DNA of 64,000 nt from Actinomycetota bacterium (GTDB taxonomy: Bacteria; Actinomycetota; Acidimicrobiia; Acidimicrobiales; JACCXE01), in contig JBEEFV010000027.1 in NCBI GenBank assembly GCA_041166405.1, forward strand, positions 539 through 64,538, in the 5' to 3' direction. Each line of letters begins with the position of its first letter. Position 1 is the stretch's first letter. Both the position numbers and the translations under genes were made by a program. The notes beneath the pieces are model-generated. The model searched no databases. It worked only from the letters and a program-made list of their open reading frames with translations, and had not been told where the DNA came from. Positions 8,971-18,611 of the stretch are shown in pieces.

Positions 8971-10065
8971 TTGGCGCCTTCGGACGTCGTCGTACTCCTC
9001 GGGACCCCGTGGCCGCGCCTCGCGGCGCAGAACACCCGGTGGCGCAGCGTGCTCATGGAGTGGGCACAGGACGCACGGGTCGGTTCCCTCAGCGTCGTCG
9101 ACTTCCCGTCGATGTCGTTGCGGAACCTGACGCGGCCACGCGCCGAACCGATCGCCACCTGGGACCCGCGCATCACCGCAGTTGCCGGGCGCGTGCCCGT
9201 GTACCGACGGACCACGGCGCTGGACGCGCTGGCGTGGCGGGCGACCGGGGCGGCACTGGACCGCGCACTGCCGGGTGCCGGACGCCGGCGCGTCGCCATT
9301 GCCGCGACCCCGCTGTGGGCGCCGGTACTGCCGTACCTGCGCGCCGAGCGCCGCGGCTTCGACGCCGTCGACGACTGGCGCGCCCTGCCGGTTGCCGCCC
9401 GCGTGCTCGGCCACATCCGCCGCGGCTACGCGACTGCGGCCGGGTGCGACAGCGTGACCGCGGTGTCAGATGCGCTGGCGCAACGGCTGCGCGCCGACTT
9501 CGGCGTGGTGGCGCGCGCGGTACCGAACGGCGTCGACGTCGGCCTGTACTCCGCGCCGCGCCCGCCGCGACCCGCGGGTCTTCCCGAAGGACCGTTCGCG
9601 ATCTACATCGGCGTCGTCCAAGAGCGCGTCGACCTCGCGCTACTGGCTGCGGCGTCGCGTGTGCTGCCGGTCGTCGTCGCCGGTCACGCCGACGACGCCA
9701 TTGCGAAGGAGCTCAGCGATATCGGGGTGAGCTTTGTCGGTCCCGTAGCCCCCGCCGACGTCCCCGCGCTGTTGCGCGCCGCCGCCGTCGGCCTGTTGCC
9801 GCATCGCGTCGACCAGCTCACCACGAGCATGAGCCCGATGAAAGTGCTCGAGTACCTCGCGGCAGGCCTGCCCGTCGCCGCCACTCCGGTGCCGCTCACC
9901 GTCGCGTCGGACCGCGTCGTCGTCGCTTCTGGCGACGACGCGTACGCATCAGCCGTGCGTGACGCCCTCGCCCTCGGCTGCCTCGATCACCCCGACCCCG
10001 CGGTCACCGGCTTCTCGTGGAAGTCGGTCGCCGACGAGCTACTGACGTTGCACGCCGGCGACTAG
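8971..10065 (+). CDS. Glycosyltransferase, GT-B fold (GT1/GT4-like)
   Basis: 364 aa, TTG start. C-terminal block: GLLPHRVDQLTTSMSPMKVLEYLAAGLPVAAT. The N-terminal half is divergent. Confidence 0.65.
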   Translation: MAPSDVVVLLGTPWPRLAAQNTRWRSVLMEWAQDARVGSLSVVDFPSMSLRNLTRPRAEPIATWDPRITAVAGRVPVYRRTTALDALAWRATGAALDRALPGAGRRRVAIAATPLWAPVLPYLRAERRGFDAVDDWRALPVAARVLGHIRRGYATAAGCDSVTAVSDALAQRLRADFGVVARAVPNGVDVGLYSAPRPPRPAGLPEGPFAIYIGVVQERVDLALLAAASRVLPVVVAGHADDAIAKELSDIGVSFVGPVAPADVPALLRAAAVGLLPHRVDQLTTSMSPMKVLEYLAAGLPVAATPVPLTVASDRVVVASGDDAYASAVRDALALGCLDHPDPAVTGFSWKSVADELLTLHAGD

Positions 10066-11303
10066 TCGAAGCGCGTCGCGCCGCGTGCGATCAGCGCAGG
10101 AATGTGGCTGCGGGTCACGCCGTGCACGTGCTTGCCGGCGGCTTCGCCGACGGCCAGGAACTCGTCGAGGTAGCGCAGATGGCGCTCGTAGTAGTTCTCG
10201 TAACTCGTGGTGCGGAAGAACGCCGGGTGCGCGGCGAACACGTCGTTCATGAGTTCCTGGCTGTACTGGAGCTGTGCGTTGTGCTTCCAGAAGTAACTCT
10301 CGGTCTGCACCCGCCCGTCGCAGCCGCCGACGTCGACTTCGTCGACGAGTGCGAACGCCACCGGCAACATGAGATAGGTGAGCACGTTGCCCGACATCCG
10401 CACGTGGGCGTTGGTCTCCGTCGGCCATGCCCATTCGGTGCCCGTGTCGTCGAGCGAAACCAGGCGGTCGCGGATCTCGGGGATGTGCGCCAGCAGTAGC
10501 CCGGCGTAGCGCGCCGGGATGACGACGAGCGCGTCGCAGGCCGCCAGCGCGCGGCGTAAGTCGGCGCGAAACGCGGCGGCATAGCTGCTCGGGCCGAAGT
10601 GGAAGACCGGGTCGGCGAAACAGATGGCGTCGGGACGCAGCGCCGTGATGAGGTTCATGTCGCGCACCGCCGAGTTGCACACGATGCGGATGTCGGCGTC
10701 TACGGCGGACAGGTCGAGCTCGGTCGCCGACGGTCCCGTCCCCAGCGCGAGCGCCTTGCCTCCCGCTACCCGCCGCGCCAGCAACCGCGGCACGGTCGCC
10801 AGTGGCTCGGGAGGCGGCGCGGGGGCCAGCGCGGCGCGCAGCCGGAGATACCCGAGTTCGGACGTGTACGCGAACACAGGATCGGCGATGCTCATCGACC
10901 GGACGTGCGGCAGGACGCGCGCGACAGAGGCGGGCGCGACTCGGTGGATCACGCGGCGCACCCCGCGGTGCGTGGGAACCGGACCCGACGCGATCCGGTC
11001 GCGATGCACCAGCGCCGCGTCCATGTGGGGCGCGTCGGCCGGCGAGAACGCGATGTCGTCGGCGCCGGTGATGTAGATCGGCACCGTCGCGTCCGCGAGG
11101 TACCAGTTGATGCGCGCCACGAGGTCGGCGAGTTCTGCGGCGTCGCGTGGTGCGGGCTCGAACACGAGCGCGTCGATGTTGGCTCGGTGTTCGGGGACCG
11201 CCAGCCGTTTGAACCCGGCGTGGAAGTACTTGCGCAGCTTCGTGTCGAGCACGTTCGGCTTGCCGAACGCCGCGTCGCGGCCGCGTTGTGACCGATCAGC
11301 CAC
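10062..11303 (-). CDS. Putative CMP-sugar-dependent transferase, Cst-II (GT42)/DUF115 (Maf)-like core with an unrecognised ~170-aa N-terminal domain
   Basis: 413 aa. LGTGPSATELDLSAVDADIRIVCNSA matches the pattern of the Cst-II N-terminus GNGPSLKEIDYSRLPNDFDVFRCNQF as I remember it. A later block, RMSGNVLTYL..VDEVDVGGCDG, resembles the SG../GIDFY region. No HMM search was run. Confidence 0.5.
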   Translation of the reverse strand: MADRSQRGRDAAFGKPNVLDTKLRKYFHAGFKRLAVPEHRANIDALVFEPAPRDAAELADLVARINWYLADATVPIYITGADDIAFSPADAPHMDAALVHRDRIASGPVPTHRGVRRVIHRVAPASVARVLPHVRSMSIADPVFAYTSELGYLRLRAALAPAPPPEPLATVPRLLARRVAGGKALALGTGPSATELDLSAVDADIRIVCNSAVRDMNLITALRPDAICFADPVFHFGPSSYAAAFRADLRRALAACDALVVIPARYAGLLLAHIPEIRDRLVSLDDTGTEWAWPTETNAHVRMSGNVLTYLMLPVAFALVDEVDVGGCDGRVQTESYFWKHNAQLQYSQELMNDVFAAHPAFFRTTSYENYYERHLRYLDEFLAVGEAAGKHVHGVTRSHIPALIARGATRFD

Positions 11304-12159
11304 GCATGTTCTCCCGCACCCAGCGGATCGGCGAGCGCGCCAGTGCGCGCAAACGCTGCGTCTGCTCGGCCCGGTTGGCGCGCTTGAGTTCCGGCGCGAA
11401 CGGTCCCTTGCCGGCGGTGACGTAGGCCCACAGCATCACGGCAGAGCCCGTAACAAAAGGTCGCTTGCCGGCGTAGCGGACGAGCCTCAACGCGAAGTAG
11501 ATCGGGTGGTATCCCGTCCAGCGAGCGACGACGCCACCGCGGCGCCGGCCACGTAACAGTCCCTCGCTCGTACCCGTGCGACGCGCACTGGTGGCGACCG
11601 CGCCCGGCACGACGCGGATCTCCAAACCGGCAGCGCGGATCGCGACTTCGTCGAGGACGTCCCATCCGAGGGCGAGGGGGACCGTTTGCGCAACGTCCCA
11701 CGCTTCGCGGTTGTAGGCGCGCAGACCGCCACGCACGTGGTGCGGCTGCGACCGGTCCGCCAAGTCGGCGATGACGCCGCCGATCACACCGACGCTCGCC
11801 GGCTCCTTCGCCAACGCTGCGAAGTGGTCGGGAGCGAGCACGAGGTCGGCGTCGATCTTCAGGACGCGCTCCGCATCAGGCACGCGGGTGAGCCCGAGCG
11901 CGACGCCGTCGGCGAACGCCACGCGTTCGGACGCGCCGAGGAGTCCGCCCGTGTTCGTGCGCCGCAACACCGCGACCGGGAACGGCATGGTGTCGGCGTC
12001 GACGCAGTCCGCGGTCCCGTCGTCGCTGCCGTCGTCGACGATGACCCACAACCCGAGCGGTTGGTCACTCTGCGACGCCAGCGACGCCGCGAGTTGCGGT
12101 AGCCGATCGCGCTCGTTGCGAGCGGGCGTTACCAAGAGCCACGGTGCGGCGGTTGGCAT
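11296..12159 (-). CDS. Glycosyltransferase family 2
   Basis: Track ORF 11296-12429 trimmed to ATG 12159 (MPTAAPWLLVTPARNERDRLPQLAASLASQ). Also VIVDDGSDDGT and KIDADLV. Confidence 0.8.
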   Translation of the reverse strand: MPTAAPWLLVTPARNERDRLPQLAASLASQSDQPLGLWVIVDDGSDDGTADCVDADTMPFPVAVLRRTNTGGLLGASERVAFADGVALGLTRVPDAERVLKIDADLVLAPDHFAALAKEPASVGVIGGVIADLADRSQPHHVRGGLRAYNREAWDVAQTVPLALGWDVLDEVAIRAAGLEIRVVPGAVATSARRTGTSEGLLRGRRRGGVVARWTGYHPIYFALRLVRYAGKRPFVTGSAVMLWAYVTAGKGPFAPELKRANRAEQTQRLRALARSPIRWVRENMRG

Positions 12160-12191
12160 GTCGCAACCCTGACACACGCGATGATGCGGCG

Positions 12192-13088
12192 GTGAACCGC
12201 GCGCGCCTCGGTCGAGTCGGCGTCGTGATCGTGACGTACGCCTCGGCCGCCGACATCGGCCATGCGCTCGGCGGGCTCCCCACCTCCGACCTCGCGCGCG
12301 TTGTCGTGGTCGACAACAACTCGCCCGACGACACCGTGGAGGTCGTGCGCGGGCTCGGCCTCCCGAACGTCGAGGTCGTCGAACAGGACAACGTCGGGTT
12401 CGGCGCCGGCAACGACGCGGGACGGGCACGGCTTCCCGACTCCACTGAGTTCGTGCTGTTCCTGAATCCCGACTGCGTCATCGCGGCCGCAGACATCGAC
12501 CGACTGGCGGCGTACCTCGACGAACACCAGACGTGCGGGCTGGTCGGCCCCGCGCTACGCGACGCCGACGGAGCGCCGCGCACGCCTGGTGGGCGACTCC
12601 CGACGCCGCGGACGGAGTTGCGCCCGCTGCTACCGCGCTTCGTCGGCGCGCGCATCGCGGCGCGCCAGATCGACGGTGCGAAGGTTCCGACCGGACCGGT
12701 CGGGTACGTCGAGGGCGCGTGCATGCTCGTGCGCCTCGCGGCCTTCGACGCCATCAACGGCTTCGACCACCGCTACTTCCTGTGCTTCGAGGAGATGGAT
12801 CTCGCGCACCGCCTCATCGAGGCCGGATGGACGGTGGACCTGTTGGCCGATGCGCACGCGGTGCACGCGGCGCAGCGCTCCCGGGCGCAAGTGGCGCGCT
12901 TCAGTCTGTACCACCAGTTCCGGAGTCAGCGGCTCTACCTGGAACGGTGGTTCGGGCCCGGACGCGCCAAACGGTACGCCCGCGCCGCCGCGCTGTGCTG
13001 GCGCCTGCGGCGGGTCAGCGGCCAACTCAGCGAATCGGACTACCGCGTCCTGCGCGCTGCCTCGCGCGGGGCAGAATTCCCCGGGTGA
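12192..13088 (+). CDS. Glycosyltransferase family 2 (rhamnosyltransferase-like)
   Basis: Track ORF 12144-13088. GTG 12192 is preferred because it avoids a 5-prime overlap with the divergent gene. Motifs: VGVVIVTYASA, VVVDNNSPDDT, GFGAGNDAG, FLNPDCV, FLCFEEMDLAHR. Confidence 0.8.
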   Translation: MNRARLGRVGVVIVTYASAADIGHALGGLPTSDLARVVVVDNNSPDDTVEVVRGLGLPNVEVVEQDNVGFGAGNDAGRARLPDSTEFVLFLNPDCVIAAADIDRLAAYLDEHQTCGLVGPALRDADGAPRTPGGRLPTPRTELRPLLPRFVGARIAARQIDGAKVPTGPVGYVEGACMLVRLAAFDAINGFDHRYFLCFEEMDLAHRLIEAGWTVDLLADAHAVHAAQRSRAQVARFSLYHQFRSQRLYLERWFGPGRAKRYARAAALCWRLRRVSGQLSESDYRVLRAASRGAEFPG

Positions 13089-14512
13089 GCGAGTCGCGCA
13101 ACCGGGCGGTCGGCCTCGTGGTCGTGCTCGTCGTCGCGGCGTGGGCGTCGTTTCGCTGGCTGCACATTGCCGTAGCCATTCTCGGTTGGGCACTGGCGGC
13201 GACGGCCGCGCGTCGGCGCACCTACGCCGGCGTGGTCATTGGCCTCGCGATGGTCGCGATCATCCCCATCTATTGGGCGCCGAACTTCCCCGGCACGGCG
13301 GTGGCGGCGTCGCCCGTGGTGCTCGTGTGCGCCGCGTTGATGCCGGCGGCCCTGGAGACGCGCAAGCAACTCCGCATCGGAGTCCTCGATCGGTTGGTGA
13401 TCGCATACTCCGTGCTGGTCACGATCGGTTATCTCGTCAACACACAGAGCGGTTTCGTCGGCGCGATCGCCGGCGCGATGTTCTCGTCGCTGCTGCCCTA
13501 CGCGACGTTCCGGCTTCTGAGCCTGCGGCGGGAGATGTCGACCGCCGCAGCGATCGGCGTGCTGATCGGCGGCGTCGTTTCGTCGTACGTCGCGGTCGGC
13601 GAATACAGCGGCCGCGGCAATCCGTTCTTCGCGCTGTTCCCGGGCGGGCACGCGCACGCGTTCTTCGCGCGTTCCGACATCCGACTCGGCCACCCACGCC
13701 CCGAGGCGTCGTTCGGCCAGGCGATTGCCCTCGGCATGTTCCTCGCCCTGGCGGTCGTGCTGGCGCTGGCGCTGGCGTGGCGCCAAGAGGAGCGCGTCCG
13801 GGTCCCGCGATGGGTGCTGTACGGCGCTGCCATGGTTTGCGTCTACGCACTGACGGAGAACCTCGTGCGCGGACCGCTGCTGATGCTGGCGTTCGCCGTC
13901 GTCGTGCTCCTGATCAGCGAGTCGCGGCGCGGGCACTACGGCCGCGGCGTGGTGGTCGCCGTCGTGCTGGCGGTGCTCGTCAACGTCGGTTCGTTCGCCA
14001 ACGTCCTGCAATTGCGCGACGAGACGTTCAGTCAGGGCAGCAGCGTCAACCTCAGCGGGGAGTACCGGCTCGAAATCTGGCGCGTCGTGTCCGACCGTTC
14101 GAACTTCTCGCTCGTCGGCAAGCAGGTCGTCGACGAGGACGGGCTGGGCTTCACCAAGGCCGCGGGCGCTGAGGTCGGCATCAAGTCGTTCGACAATGCG
14201 TACGCGCTGATCTACATCGGCTTCGGTCTGCTGGCGCTCATTGCCTTCGTGCTCATCGGCCTGCGAATCGGCAAGGCGGCGTTGATCGATCGCCTCTCGG
14301 TGCTCGACAAGGCGTGGGCCGCTGCTGTGCTGGCGGCGTTCATCAACCTGATGACGGTCAACTTGCTCACGCAGTTCGCGCACATCTTCTGGATCGGGAT
14401 CGCCCTCGTCGCGTCGGCGGTGCAGCGCGCGACCGACGACACAGCGGGAGACGACACGGAACTTGTTCCGGGCATTCCGCTGCAAATGGGTCCCGCCGCG
14501 CACCGGAGCTAG
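13085..14512 (+). CDS. O-antigen polymerase/ligase-family (Wzy-like) polytopic membrane protein
   Basis: Track ORF 12533-14512 trimmed to GTG 13085 (GTGA overlap). 475 aa with many hydrophobic segments and a central loop (HPRPEASFGQAIALGMF). Lies beside a PCP/BY-kinase. Confidence 0.7.
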   Translation: MSESRNRAVGLVVVLVVAAWASFRWLHIAVAILGWALAATAARRRTYAGVVIGLAMVAIIPIYWAPNFPGTAVAASPVVLVCAALMPAALETRKQLRIGVLDRLVIAYSVLVTIGYLVNTQSGFVGAIAGAMFSSLLPYATFRLLSLRREMSTAAAIGVLIGGVVSSYVAVGEYSGRGNPFFALFPGGHAHAFFARSDIRLGHPRPEASFGQAIALGMFLALAVVLALALAWRQEERVRVPRWVLYGAAMVCVYALTENLVRGPLLMLAFAVVVLLISESRRGHYGRGVVVAVVLAVLVNVGSFANVLQLRDETFSQGSSVNLSGEYRLEIWRVVSDRSNFSLVGKQVVDEDGLGFTKAAGAEVGIKSFDNAYALIYIGFGLLALIAFVLIGLRIGKAALIDRLSVLDKAWAAAVLAAFINLMTVNLLTQFAHIFWIGIALVASAVQRATDDTAGDDTELVPGIPLQMGPAAHRS

Positions 14513-14539
14513 GGCGAGCGCGGACTAGCGTTTCGGCCA

Positions 14540-16000
14540 ATGGAACTGCAGGCCTTCGTCAGCCTGATTCGGCGACGCTGGCCGATCGTCGTTTTGGCGT
14601 TCGTGATTTGCCTCGCCGGCTCAGCCGCGATCTCACAGTCGCAAACCAAGCAGTACGCGACGACGGCGCGCCTGTTCGTCTCGGTCCCCGACGTCATCAA
14701 CGTGCAACAGGCCGTGCAAGCGAACCAGGTGACGTCGGAGCTGATGCAGACCTACGCCAAGATGGTCGACGACAACATCACCACCGGACGCGTGTTCAAC
14801 CGGCTCAACGCCCGCGTACCCGTCGACCGAATCCGCGCCAAGATCTCGGCGTCGGCGCTCCCGCAGACGTTCCTGATCGACGTTCGCGGAGGTGACCCCG
14901 ACCCGGCGCTCGCGACCACGCTCACCAACGAAACCGCGGAGGCGTTGAAGTCGGTCATCGACCAGCTCGGCAAGGCCAGCGGAATCGAGGCGACGATCCT
15001 CAGCCGCGCGCCGCGACCGGTCGATCCCGTGTCGCCCAAGCCGGGACGCGACATCACCGTTGGCGCGTTCCTCGGGCTCGCCCTGGGTGCCGTGATCGCG
15101 CTGGCGATCGACGCGCTCGACCGCACCATCCGCGAGGGCGATGTCGCCGCCGAAGTGTTCGGTGCGCCGGTGCTGTGCTCGATCCCGAAACAACGCCGCA
15201 TTGCGTCGGATCCGCTGGTGGCGTTGAAGAGCGGCGGTTCGCCGACCGGCGAGGCGTACCGCGCGCTTCGCACGGCAATTCGGTTCCGCGAGTCCTCACA
15301 ACACCTGAAGACGGTGCTCGTCACCTCCGCGGCCGCGGGCGACGGGAAGTCGACGATCGCTGCCAACCTCGCAATCGCAATGTCGCTCGACGGCGCGAAG
15401 ACGATCCTCATCGACGCCGACTTGCGCCGCACCAGGCTCGCCACGATGTTCGACCTTCCCGTCGGCAAGGGACTCACCGACGTGTTGCTGGGCAAGGCCT
15501 CGTTGTCCGAGGCGCTCGTGCCGTGGAGCCGCGGGTTGAGCATCCTTCAGGTCGGCACCTACACGCTCAACCCGTCAGAAGCGCTCGGTTCCCAAGCGAT
15601 GGTGCAGGTACTCGAAGAGGCCAAGCGCGTCGCTGACATCGTGATCGTCGACGCTCCGCCGACGCTGCCCGTCGCCGACCCCGCCGTGCTGGCGGCGCAG
15701 GTCGACGGCACCGTGCTCGTGTGCCGCTGGCACCGCACGTCGCTGCACGCCGCGGCGGCGACGCGCTCCATGCTCGACAACGTCGGCGCCGACGTGATCG
15801 GCGTTGTCCTCAACGCCGAGGCGGGCGGTCGGTCGGCGAACTATTACCGCCACTACTCGACGCGTCCGCAGCACCGGCGCGACACGTCGCCGCCGGCCCG
15901 ACCGGCGACCCAGTCGCCGACCGCGAGCAACGGTTCGGCGAATGCGACGAGTCCGGAGCCGACGCCCGCTCCGGACGCGCCACCCCCCGATGGTGGCTGA
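14540..16000 (+). CDS. Polysaccharide co-polymerase fused to a BY-type tyrosine autokinase (Wzc/CpsCD-like)
   Basis: 486 aa. N-terminal Wzz-like region with 2 TM segments. Walker A is AAAGDGKST, Walker A-prime is ILIDADLRR, Walker B is VIVDAPP. C-terminal Tyr cluster ANYYRHYS, followed by a P/T/S-rich tail. Confidence 0.9.
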   Translation: MELQAFVSLIRRRWPIVVLAFVICLAGSAAISQSQTKQYATTARLFVSVPDVINVQQAVQANQVTSELMQTYAKMVDDNITTGRVFNRLNARVPVDRIRAKISASALPQTFLIDVRGGDPDPALATTLTNETAEALKSVIDQLGKASGIEATILSRAPRPVDPVSPKPGRDITVGAFLGLALGAVIALAIDALDRTIREGDVAAEVFGAPVLCSIPKQRRIASDPLVALKSGGSPTGEAYRALRTAIRFRESSQHLKTVLVTSAAAGDGKSTIAANLAIAMSLDGAKTILIDADLRRTRLATMFDLPVGKGLTDVLLGKASLSEALVPWSRGLSILQVGTYTLNPSEALGSQAMVQVLEEAKRVADIVIVDAPPTLPVADPAVLAAQVDGTVLVCRWHRTSLHAAAATRSMLDNVGADVIGVVLNAEAGGRSANYYRHYSTRPQHRRDTSPPARPATQSPTASNGSANATSPEPTPAPDAPPPDGG

Positions 16001-18515
16001 CGCCTGGCTTCTCGGCGTCGCAATCCTGCTCACGCTGCTCGCCGGCGCCGGCCTATCCGCTTACGAGAGGTTCTCGACGCGCCGCGGGCTGCGGTTCCGT
16101 CGCGTCGAGCGGCCGGGCGCCACTGCGCTGGTCATCGGCTTCAGTCTCGCCGCGCTCGTCACCGGCAAGCTCGGCCAGAGCTGGTTCGTGCTGCCGGCGG
16201 CGGCCTTCGCTGCGCTCTCGAACACGGCGTTGCTCCGGCGTGGCGGCCGCCTGCTCTCCTTCGGCATCCTGTGGGCGCTCGCAGCTGTCGTCGTGTTCAC
16301 GCTCGACGCGCAGATCCCGGCGTACGGCATCCGCGCGCCTGACGTCGCGCTGACGGCGCTGCTGCTGGCGTGCTTCGCCAGCTTCATCCGCGAACTCGAC
16401 ATCCTGGGCTCGGTCGGATGGTTCGTGGCTCTCGCTGCCGCCGTCGCTACTGCGGTCGCGGCGTACGCGGTGGACAGCGCGAAGGACCAGCAGCTCGCGC
16501 TGCTCGTCGCCGGTGCCGTGTTCGCGGTCGTCGCCGTGTCGCCGTTCGGCGCCGGCGTCCTCGGTCGTATGGGGTCGCGCCTGGCGGGGATCGTCATCGG
16601 CGCGTTGGCGGTCCGCGCCGCGCTCGGTTCACCGGTCGCCATGGCCGCGGTCGTCGCTGTCGGCGCGGTGTGCGCGCTCGCGTACATCGCCACGCTCGAG
16701 GCGCCCGGGCGCGGGCGCGCCCTGCTTGGCGTCCTGATCTTCGGCGGCGTGTCCGCGGCGGCGGCCGTCCCCGCGGCCGGCGCGCTGCTCGACGTGTACC
16801 ACCCGATCCACCGTGCAGTGGCGACCAGCCGCGGTCTCGTGGGCGCGAACGCCGGCAGCCTCAAGACGACGAGCGCGCAGCTGGCGTCGTTGCAACAGAC
16901 CTTCGCCGCATCGGCGTCGCGGCTCGACAAGCCCGCGGTAAAGGCGGGACGGTTCGTGCCGTTCCTCAGCGCCAACCTGCGCGCCGCGACGTCGAGTTCG
17001 CACGTCGCCGCCGACCTCGCGGGTTCGGCGCGTTCACTGATCGACACGGTGAACGTCAACGCCGCTTCCATTCGCGCCGCCACCGTCGACCGCAGCGGGC
17101 TGACGCGGCTCGGCAACGGCCTCCGCGGCGTGCAGACCGACGTGCGCCGCGCCAGCAACCGCCTCGGCTCGGCCGACGGCACCGAGCTGCTCGTGCCGGA
17201 ACTGCGCACGGGCGTGGCCGACCTGCGCACGCAGCTGGACTCGGTCTCGCACCGGATCGACACGACGCTCGACGGTGAGCAGGTCGCCGAGTCGCTGCTG
17301 GGCTACGACAAGCCGAAGCGGTTCTTCATCGCGGTGCAGAACAACGCCGAGAGCCGGGCCACGGGCGGTTACATCGCCAACTACGGGATCCTCGTGGCCG
17401 ACAACGGCCACGTCACGCTGCCCGAGTTCCGCCGCACGTCGGAGTTCGACGCCACCGGCGCGCCCCACCGCACGCTGCACGCGTCGAAGGAATACGCGCG
17501 GCGCTACTCGCGCTTCGACGTGAACCGCGAGTGGACCAACGTCAACATGTCGCCCGACTTACCGACGGTCGCGAAGGTCATCGCCGATCAGTACAAGCAG
17601 TTCAGCGGCACGAACGTGGACGGCATCGTCGTCGTCGACCCGATCGCGCTCAGCCACCTACTGCGGCTGACCGGGCCGGTGCAGGTTGCGGGGTGGCCGA
17701 CGCCGATCACGGCCGACAACGTCGTCAAGGTCACGCTGCACGACGAGTACATCGCCTTCGACAACCAGATCGACAGGCGGATCGACTTTCTCGGCAGCGT
17801 CGCCAAGACGGTGTTCGACCGGCTCACCAACGGCGGACTCGGCGACCTGATCAAGGCGGGCACGGCCGTCCACGACGCCACGGCGTCGCGCCATTTGCAG
17901 TTCTGGTCCGCCAGCGCCGGCGCACAGCGGTTCTTCGCGCGGACGGACGCGGACGGTGCACTCGGCAGGCCGCGCGGCGACTCGCTGATGGTCACGACGC
18001 AGAACGCTGCGGGGAACAAGCTCGACTACTACCTCCACCGCGACGTCACCTATGACGCCAACGTCTCTCGCAGCGGCGGCAACCTGCGCGTCGACGCCAC
18101 CGTCACCGTCAAGCTGCGCAACGACGCGCCGAAGACGGGCGAACCGAAATACGTCATCGGCCCGTACGACGGCCGATTCGTCGCCGGCCAGAACCGGCTG
18201 TTCATGACCGTGTACTCGCCGCTGCATGCGACCGCCGCGACGATCGACGGAAGGCCGTTGGAACTCGACGGCGCGCCGGAACTCGGGCGGTTGGCGAACT
18301 CGGCGTTCGTCGACGTCCCGGCGGGCGCGACGCGCACCGTGGTGTTGCGGCTCGTCGGATTCGTCGCCGGGCGAAGTGACTACCGCCTAGACCTGGTGCG
18401 CCAGCCTGTAATCGCCGACGACCTCCTGTCGCTGCACTTGCGTGGAATCGGCGCTGACGACGTCCGCCAAAGCGGGCCGTTTTCGCACGATGTGCACCTC
18501 AAGCTGCCCATTTAG
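15990..18515 (+). CDS. DUF4012-family membrane-anchored extracytoplasmic protein (glycan-locus associated)
   Basis: Track ORF 15804-18515 trimmed to ATG 15990 (MVADAWLLGVAILL). Polytopic N-terminal region, then a large domain with FIAVQNNAESRATGGYIANYG, NVNMSPDLPTVA and VDGIVVVDPIAL. I recognise these as DUF4012-like. Confidence 0.7.
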   Translation: MVADAWLLGVAILLTLLAGAGLSAYERFSTRRGLRFRRVERPGATALVIGFSLAALVTGKLGQSWFVLPAAAFAALSNTALLRRGGRLLSFGILWALAAVVVFTLDAQIPAYGIRAPDVALTALLLACFASFIRELDILGSVGWFVALAAAVATAVAAYAVDSAKDQQLALLVAGAVFAVVAVSPFGAGVLGRMGSRLAGIVIGALAVRAALGSPVAMAAVVAVGAVCALAYIATLEAPGRGRALLGVLIFGGVSAAAAVPAAGALLDVYHPIHRAVATSRGLVGANAGSLKTTSAQLASLQQTFAASASRLDKPAVKAGRFVPFLSANLRAATSSSHVAADLAGSARSLIDTVNVNAASIRAATVDRSGLTRLGNGLRGVQTDVRRASNRLGSADGTELLVPELRTGVADLRTQLDSVSHRIDTTLDGEQVAESLLGYDKPKRFFIAVQNNAESRATGGYIANYGILVADNGHVTLPEFRRTSEFDATGAPHRTLHASKEYARRYSRFDVNREWTNVNMSPDLPTVAKVIADQYKQFSGTNVDGIVVVDPIALSHLLRLTGPVQVAGWPTPITADNVVKVTLHDEYIAFDNQIDRRIDFLGSVAKTVFDRLTNGGLGDLIKAGTAVHDATASRHLQFWSASAGAQRFFARTDADGALGRPRGDSLMVTTQNAAGNKLDYYLHRDVTYDANVSRSGGNLRVDATVTVKLRNDAPKTGEPKYVIGPYDGRFVAGQNRLFMTVYSPLHATAATIDGRPLELDGAPELGRLANSAFVDVPAGATRTVVLRLVGFVAGRSDYRLDLVRQPVIADDLLSLHLRGIGADDVRQSGPFSHDVHLKLPI

Positions 18516-18611
18516 AGCCGTTGGTCCTTCCTCTTTGCCGCCACGCTGTGTCACAATTGACCCCTGCTGGGTCAGTCCGCGCATCGCTGCGCTCTGCTGT
18601 GAGGAAAATCT

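Noticed and set aside
7690-9414. 574-aa minus-strand ORF, with similar very long ORFs at 32194-34524 (-), 43611-45314 (-), 19902-21437 (-) and 12589-14172 (+).
   Set aside because: These are antisense or out-of-frame shadows of well-supported genes (2-hydroxyacid dehydrogenase/SDR, purL, Wzy-like, hydrolase). Their translations are Arg/Ala/Pro/Gly-rich low-complexity strings with no motifs, which is typical of stop-poor alternative frames in very GC-rich DNA.
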